A DNA stretch of 64,000 nucleotides from Aulosira sp. ZfuVER01 (lineage in GTDB: Bacteria; Cyanobacteriota; Cyanobacteriia; Cyanobacteriales; Nostocaceae), in assembly GCA_034530615.2 (NCBI GenBank), contig JAVRCV020000032.1, positions 32,001 through 96,000 on the forward strand, read 5' to 3'. The notes under the pieces were generated by a model. It searched no databases, was not told where the DNA came from, and saw only the letters and a program-made list of their open reading frames with translations. A program made the translations under genes and the position numbers. How positions within the stretch are numbered: position 1 is the first letter of the stretch; each line of letters opens with the position of its first letter. Shown in pieces: positions 60,485-64,000 of this stretch.

Positions 60485-62110
60485 ATGAGATACTTAATTT
60501 TAGTTTGGGTGCTTATATTCTCGTTGGTTGTTCCTAGCAACGCTTTAGCTCAAACACTACAGCCCTATACTTTAATTTCTGGGCTGGGAACCCACCAGCA
60601 TCTAGTTTCTACCCAAAATCCGCAAGCGCAACAGTTTTTCGATCAAGGGTTAAATTTGATTTATGCCTTTAACCACGATGAAGCGGCGCGTTCCTTTAAA
60701 TATGCGGCGGAACTCGATCCGCAATTAGCAATGGCATATTGGGGTATTGCGCTGGCGCTTGGGCCTAATATTAACCTGGATGTAGATAGCGATCGCGAAC
60801 AAGCAGCTTATCAAGCAATCCAGCAAGCTGTGGCTTTATCCAACAAAGCATCCCAGCAGGAACAAGACTACATTAACGCCCTCGCAAAGCGCTATTCTAA
60901 CGATTCTCACGCATATCTGTACAAGCTGGCGGTGGATTACAAAAACGCAATGTCAGATTTAGTCAAGCGTTATCCCCAAGACTTAGATGCAAAAACACTA
61001 TACGCTGAAAGTTTAATGGATTTGCACCCTTGGCAACTCTGGACTAAAGATGGCAAACCAGGAGAAGATACTGAAGAGATTGTAGCTGTTTTAGAATCAG
61101 TACTCAAAAGCGAGCCGAACCATCCCGGAGCCAACCACTACTATATTCATACAGTAGAAGCCTCGCTAAACCCAGAACGTGCCCTAGAAAGTGCCAAGCG
61201 GCTAGAAACCTTAGTTCCCTCAGCCGGACACCTGGTACACATGCCTTCCCATATCTATTTCCGTGTAGGAGATTATATAGGGGCGATGCGGTCAAATGCG
61301 CTAGCGATCGCTCAAGATGAAGCTTACATCCAAAAAAATCATGTCGAAGGCTTTTATCCGCTGATGTACTATAGCCACAATGTACATTTCTTGGCAGTAG
61401 CCGCAGCGATGGCAGGGAGGTATCAAGAAGCTATTCAAGCAGCAGATAAATTAGTAACTAATGCTACTCCTTTTGCCGCTAAAGAACCCATGATTGAAGG
61501 CTACCTTGGTACTAAAATCATGGTTCAGGTACGCTTTAGCGACTGGGATAATATACTTAAATCTACTGTTACCAACGATCAATTAGTCACTACTAAAGCA
61601 TTGTGGTATTTTGCGCATGGTATGGCTAATGCTGCCAAAGGTAACATTGAAGATGCCGCCAGCGATCGCGCTGCACTGCTAACTGCTCAACAAACAATTC
61701 CTGAAACCGCAACTATTGGCATGAGTCCTGCTAGTAGTATTTTAAATATTGCCAGCAACCAGCTAGACGCCAAAATTGCCAAAGCCAAGCAGGACTATGA
61801 ATCTGCAATTAAATTACTAGAAACAGCAGTAGCCCAAGAAGACGCCCTCAACTACATGGAACCACCAGACTGGTACATACCTACACGAGAAGCATTAGGT
61901 AGTGTGCTGCTAGCTAAGGGTGATTATGCCGCCGCAGAAAAAGTATTTCGTGCAGATTTGCAAAAATATCCCTTGAATGGGCGTTCGTTATTTGGTTTGC
62001 AAGCTAGTTTGCAAGCACTAGGCAAAGATAAAGACGCTAAAGTTGTGCAAGCTCAATTCGTTAAAGCGTGGAATAATAACAATACACAGCTATTGGTAGA
62101 GAATTTTTAA
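60485..62110 (+). CDS. Secreted TPR-repeat protein with His-rich motifs
   Basis: Signal peptide; FNH.EA.RSF, HPGANHYYIH, GHLVHMPSHI; TPR-like helices. Confidence 0.8.
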   Translation: MRYLILVWVLIFSLVVPSNALAQTLQPYTLISGLGTHQHLVSTQNPQAQQFFDQGLNLIYAFNHDEAARSFKYAAELDPQLAMAYWGIALALGPNINLDVDSDREQAAYQAIQQAVALSNKASQQEQDYINALAKRYSNDSHAYLYKLAVDYKNAMSDLVKRYPQDLDAKTLYAESLMDLHPWQLWTKDGKPGEDTEEIVAVLESVLKSEPNHPGANHYYIHTVEASLNPERALESAKRLETLVPSAGHLVHMPSHIYFRVGDYIGAMRSNALAIAQDEAYIQKNHVEGFYPLMYYSHNVHFLAVAAAMAGRYQEAIQAADKLVTNATPFAAKEPMIEGYLGTKIMVQVRFSDWDNILKSTVTNDQLVTTKALWYFAHGMANAAKGNIEDAASDRAALLTAQQTIPETATIGMSPASSILNIASNQLDAKIAKAKQDYESAIKLLETAVAQEDALNYMEPPDWYIPTREALGSVLLAKGDYAAAEKVFRADLQKYPLNGRSLFGLQASLQALGKDKDAKVVQAQFVKAWNNNNTQLLVENF

Positions 62111-62233
62111 GATTGGGGAATGGGGCATGGAGTATGGGGCAAAAATCAAGAGTCATTGCTCATTTCCCCGCGTCACCGCGTCTCCGCCTCTCCTTGTCAT
62201 CCTTCCCTCATCCCCCAATCCCTAGCCTCTTAT

Positions 62234-62944
62234 CTAAAATTGCCTCACCACTGGTTGACCGTCTTTAACTTCGCCCACTAAAACTAAATTGACGCAATTA
62301 ACGAAAATACCATTTTCTAGAACACCGGGAATGTTATTCAGTGTTTTTTCTAGGTTTACGGGGTCGTCAATAGAGTCAAATCTCACATCTAAAACGAAGT
62401 TACCTTGGTCGGTGATGACTGGGCCAGCTTTTTTAACACCCATACGGAGTTCTGGTTTACCACCAAGTTTCTTGATAGCATCAGTCACCGGAGTTATTGC
62501 CATTGGTATGACTTCTACTGGTACAGCAAAAGTAGAACCCAAACGATCTACTAACTTGCCGCTATCCACCACAACGATGAACTGATTTGCCAAGTAATCA
62601 ACAACTTTTTCACGGGTATGGGCTGCACCACCACCTTTAATCAAATTCTTCTGGGGATCGACTTCATCAGCCCCATCAATAGCAATATCAATGTGGTCAA
62701 TAGCGTCTAAGGTAGTAAGAGGAACACCGTATTGCTTTGCTAGAACTTCTGATTGAAACGAAGTAGGAACACCAACGATATCCTTGAGTTCACCAGACTG
62801 GAGGCGTTCTCCGAGAAACTGAATTGTGTACGCCGTGGTTGAACCCGTACCCAACCCGACAATCGAACCTGATTTGACTAAGGCGGCGGCGGCTTTGCCA
62901 ACTTCTTGCTTCATCAACTTCACGGGGTCTGCTGCTACGGTCAT
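62234..62944 (-). CDS. rpiA: Ribose-5-phosphate isomerase A
   Basis: GLGTGST, DGADEVD, KGGGAAH.REK. Confidence 0.97.
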   Translation of the reverse strand: MTVAADPVKLMKQEVGKAAAALVKSGSIVGLGTGSTTAYTIQFLGERLQSGELKDIVGVPTSFQSEVLAKQYGVPLTTLDAIDHIDIAIDGADEVDPQKNLIKGGGAAHTREKVVDYLANQFIVVVDSGKLVDRLGSTFAVPVEVIPMAITPVTDAIKKLGGKPELRMGVKKAGPVITDQGNFVLDVRFDSIDDPVNLEKTLNNIPGVLENGIFVNCVNLVLVGEVKDGQPVVRQF

Positions 62945-63271
62945 TCCCAAAAATGCTCCATAAAACTTATCTAAAATGAACATAACCCAAAGTTACATAC
63001 ATTTTGCGCTTTACTTGCCGCGTTAACGTGGGATATCGAGGATAAGAGGGACAAGGAAGATAGGGGAGACAAGGAGGACAGGGAGGACAAATAACTATAT
63101 GACTGTTGACTCTTGGCTTTTAACAATTGACAAATGACAAATGACAATATTTACCTACGCAACATTGTTATGTGTAAATTCGTCATGAGATAATCCAGTT
63201 CTACTAAAAGTAGATTTAACAACGGTGACGTTGTTTTTTAATCAAATTTGTGGCTAAAATCGGTTATAATC

Positions 63272-63952
63272 ATGCGTCAGATTATCGGTGTTTTATCCTT
63301 AGTAGCTTTGCTACAAAACTTACCTACAATTCATCTGTTACAAGTAGCAGAAGCAGCTTCTAGCCAGGAGTCTGAAGCAATTCAACAAGTAGTTAATGCT
63401 AAATGGATGACAAACTCTGCCGATGGCAATTTTTATCCAGAAAGGTTAATTAATCGAGCAGAATTAGCTGCGATTATGGTAAAAGTATTTCGACTGGATA
63501 AACGTCAGGCTGTTAGTAAAGAAAATGTAGTAACTCCAGATGTACCCTCTTCTCATTGGGCATTTAATGATATTCAAATAGCCTTAAAGACTGATATTAT
63601 GAAAGGCTATCGGGGTAATTTGTTTTTCCCTAACCAAAAGGTGACAAAAGCAGAAGCCCTAGCAATTTTTGCCCAAGCTTACGGTGTATTTCAGTTTCCT
63701 GATGAAACTGTCAAGGAAATTCTAGCTTCTCATCCAGATGCAACTTCCATCCCATCTTGGGCTAGACAAGCGATCGCTACAGTAATTTCCGAAGGATTTA
63801 TTAATACAGATGCTCAAGGAAATATCTTCCCATTACGTCCCATGACTCGTGGTGATATGGCTTATGTATTGAGTAGATATTTGCAACGGCAACAAAAACA
63901 ACCTGATACACCAGAAGTTCCCAGTGTTCCTGGTAGCCCGCAATCACCATAG
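63272..63952 (+). CDS. S-layer homology (SLH) domain protein
   Basis: Signal peptide; three SLH repeats (INRAE, DVP.SHWA...VTKAEA, MTRGD). Confidence 0.9.
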   Translation: MRQIIGVLSLVALLQNLPTIHLLQVAEAASSQESEAIQQVVNAKWMTNSADGNFYPERLINRAELAAIMVKVFRLDKRQAVSKENVVTPDVPSSHWAFNDIQIALKTDIMKGYRGNLFFPNQKVTKAEALAIFAQAYGVFQFPDETVKEILASHPDATSIPSWARQAIATVISEGFINTDAQGNIFPLRPMTRGDMAYVLSRYLQRQQKQPDTPEVPSVPGSPQSP

Positions 63953-64000
63953 AATTAATTTTGTCTAATGCATTGATTCTGTATCACAGCATTTATACTA

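Noticed and set aside
1..64000. HIP1 abundance as a novelty; remaining short antisense ORFs; prophage or IS elements
   Set aside because: HIP1 is a known cyanobacterial signature. The short ORFs lie inside well-supported genes. I saw no phage, transposase or integrase motifs.

Overview
This window is chromosomal DNA from a heterocyst-forming (Nostoc/Anabaena-like) cyanobacterium. It has frequent HIP1 octamers (GCGATCGC), heptamer tandem repeats and many small palindromic or MITE-like elements. From left to right: (1) a truncated GTPase gene. (2) A putative glucan synthesis and export locus: an outer-membrane beta-barrel, two DUF3131 proteins carrying three domains (the third looks degenerate), a PEP-CTERM protein and a PilZ-less cellulose-synthase-like GT2. 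A STAS / REC-PP2C / RsbW-like / hybrid-kinase partner-switching module follows. The locus is interrupted by an opposite-strand array of small toxin-antitoxin and hypothetical genes that contains one convincing attC-like site. (3) A TPR-CHAT / ComFB / DUF928 / CHASE2-GGDEF-EAL signalling block. (4) A NACHT-HEAT protein behind a 21-bp tandem array. (5) A LysR-regulated three-gene operon, phoD, an alr0857-like gene followed by a strongly structured candidate ncRNA, GH31, a second GTPase, dusB and an aldo/keto reductase. (6) A two-gene operon encoding a divergent TROVE/Ro60-like vWA protein and an ARPP-2-like protein with a Fis-type HTH. (7) A response regulator, Crp, a Ser/Thr kinase-YARHG, Uma2, VapBC, mfd, a hemolysin/CBS protein, an aldo/keto reductase, a TPR protein, rpiA and an SLH protein. 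I recognised no rRNA, tRNA, CRISPR array, transposase or integrase. All family calls come from motif recognition by eye, not database searches. The best candidates for an undescribed system are the CesA-like + DUF3131 + porin glucan locus, the TROVE-like/ARPP operon, the attC-bearing TA array and the 85-nt structured RNA.
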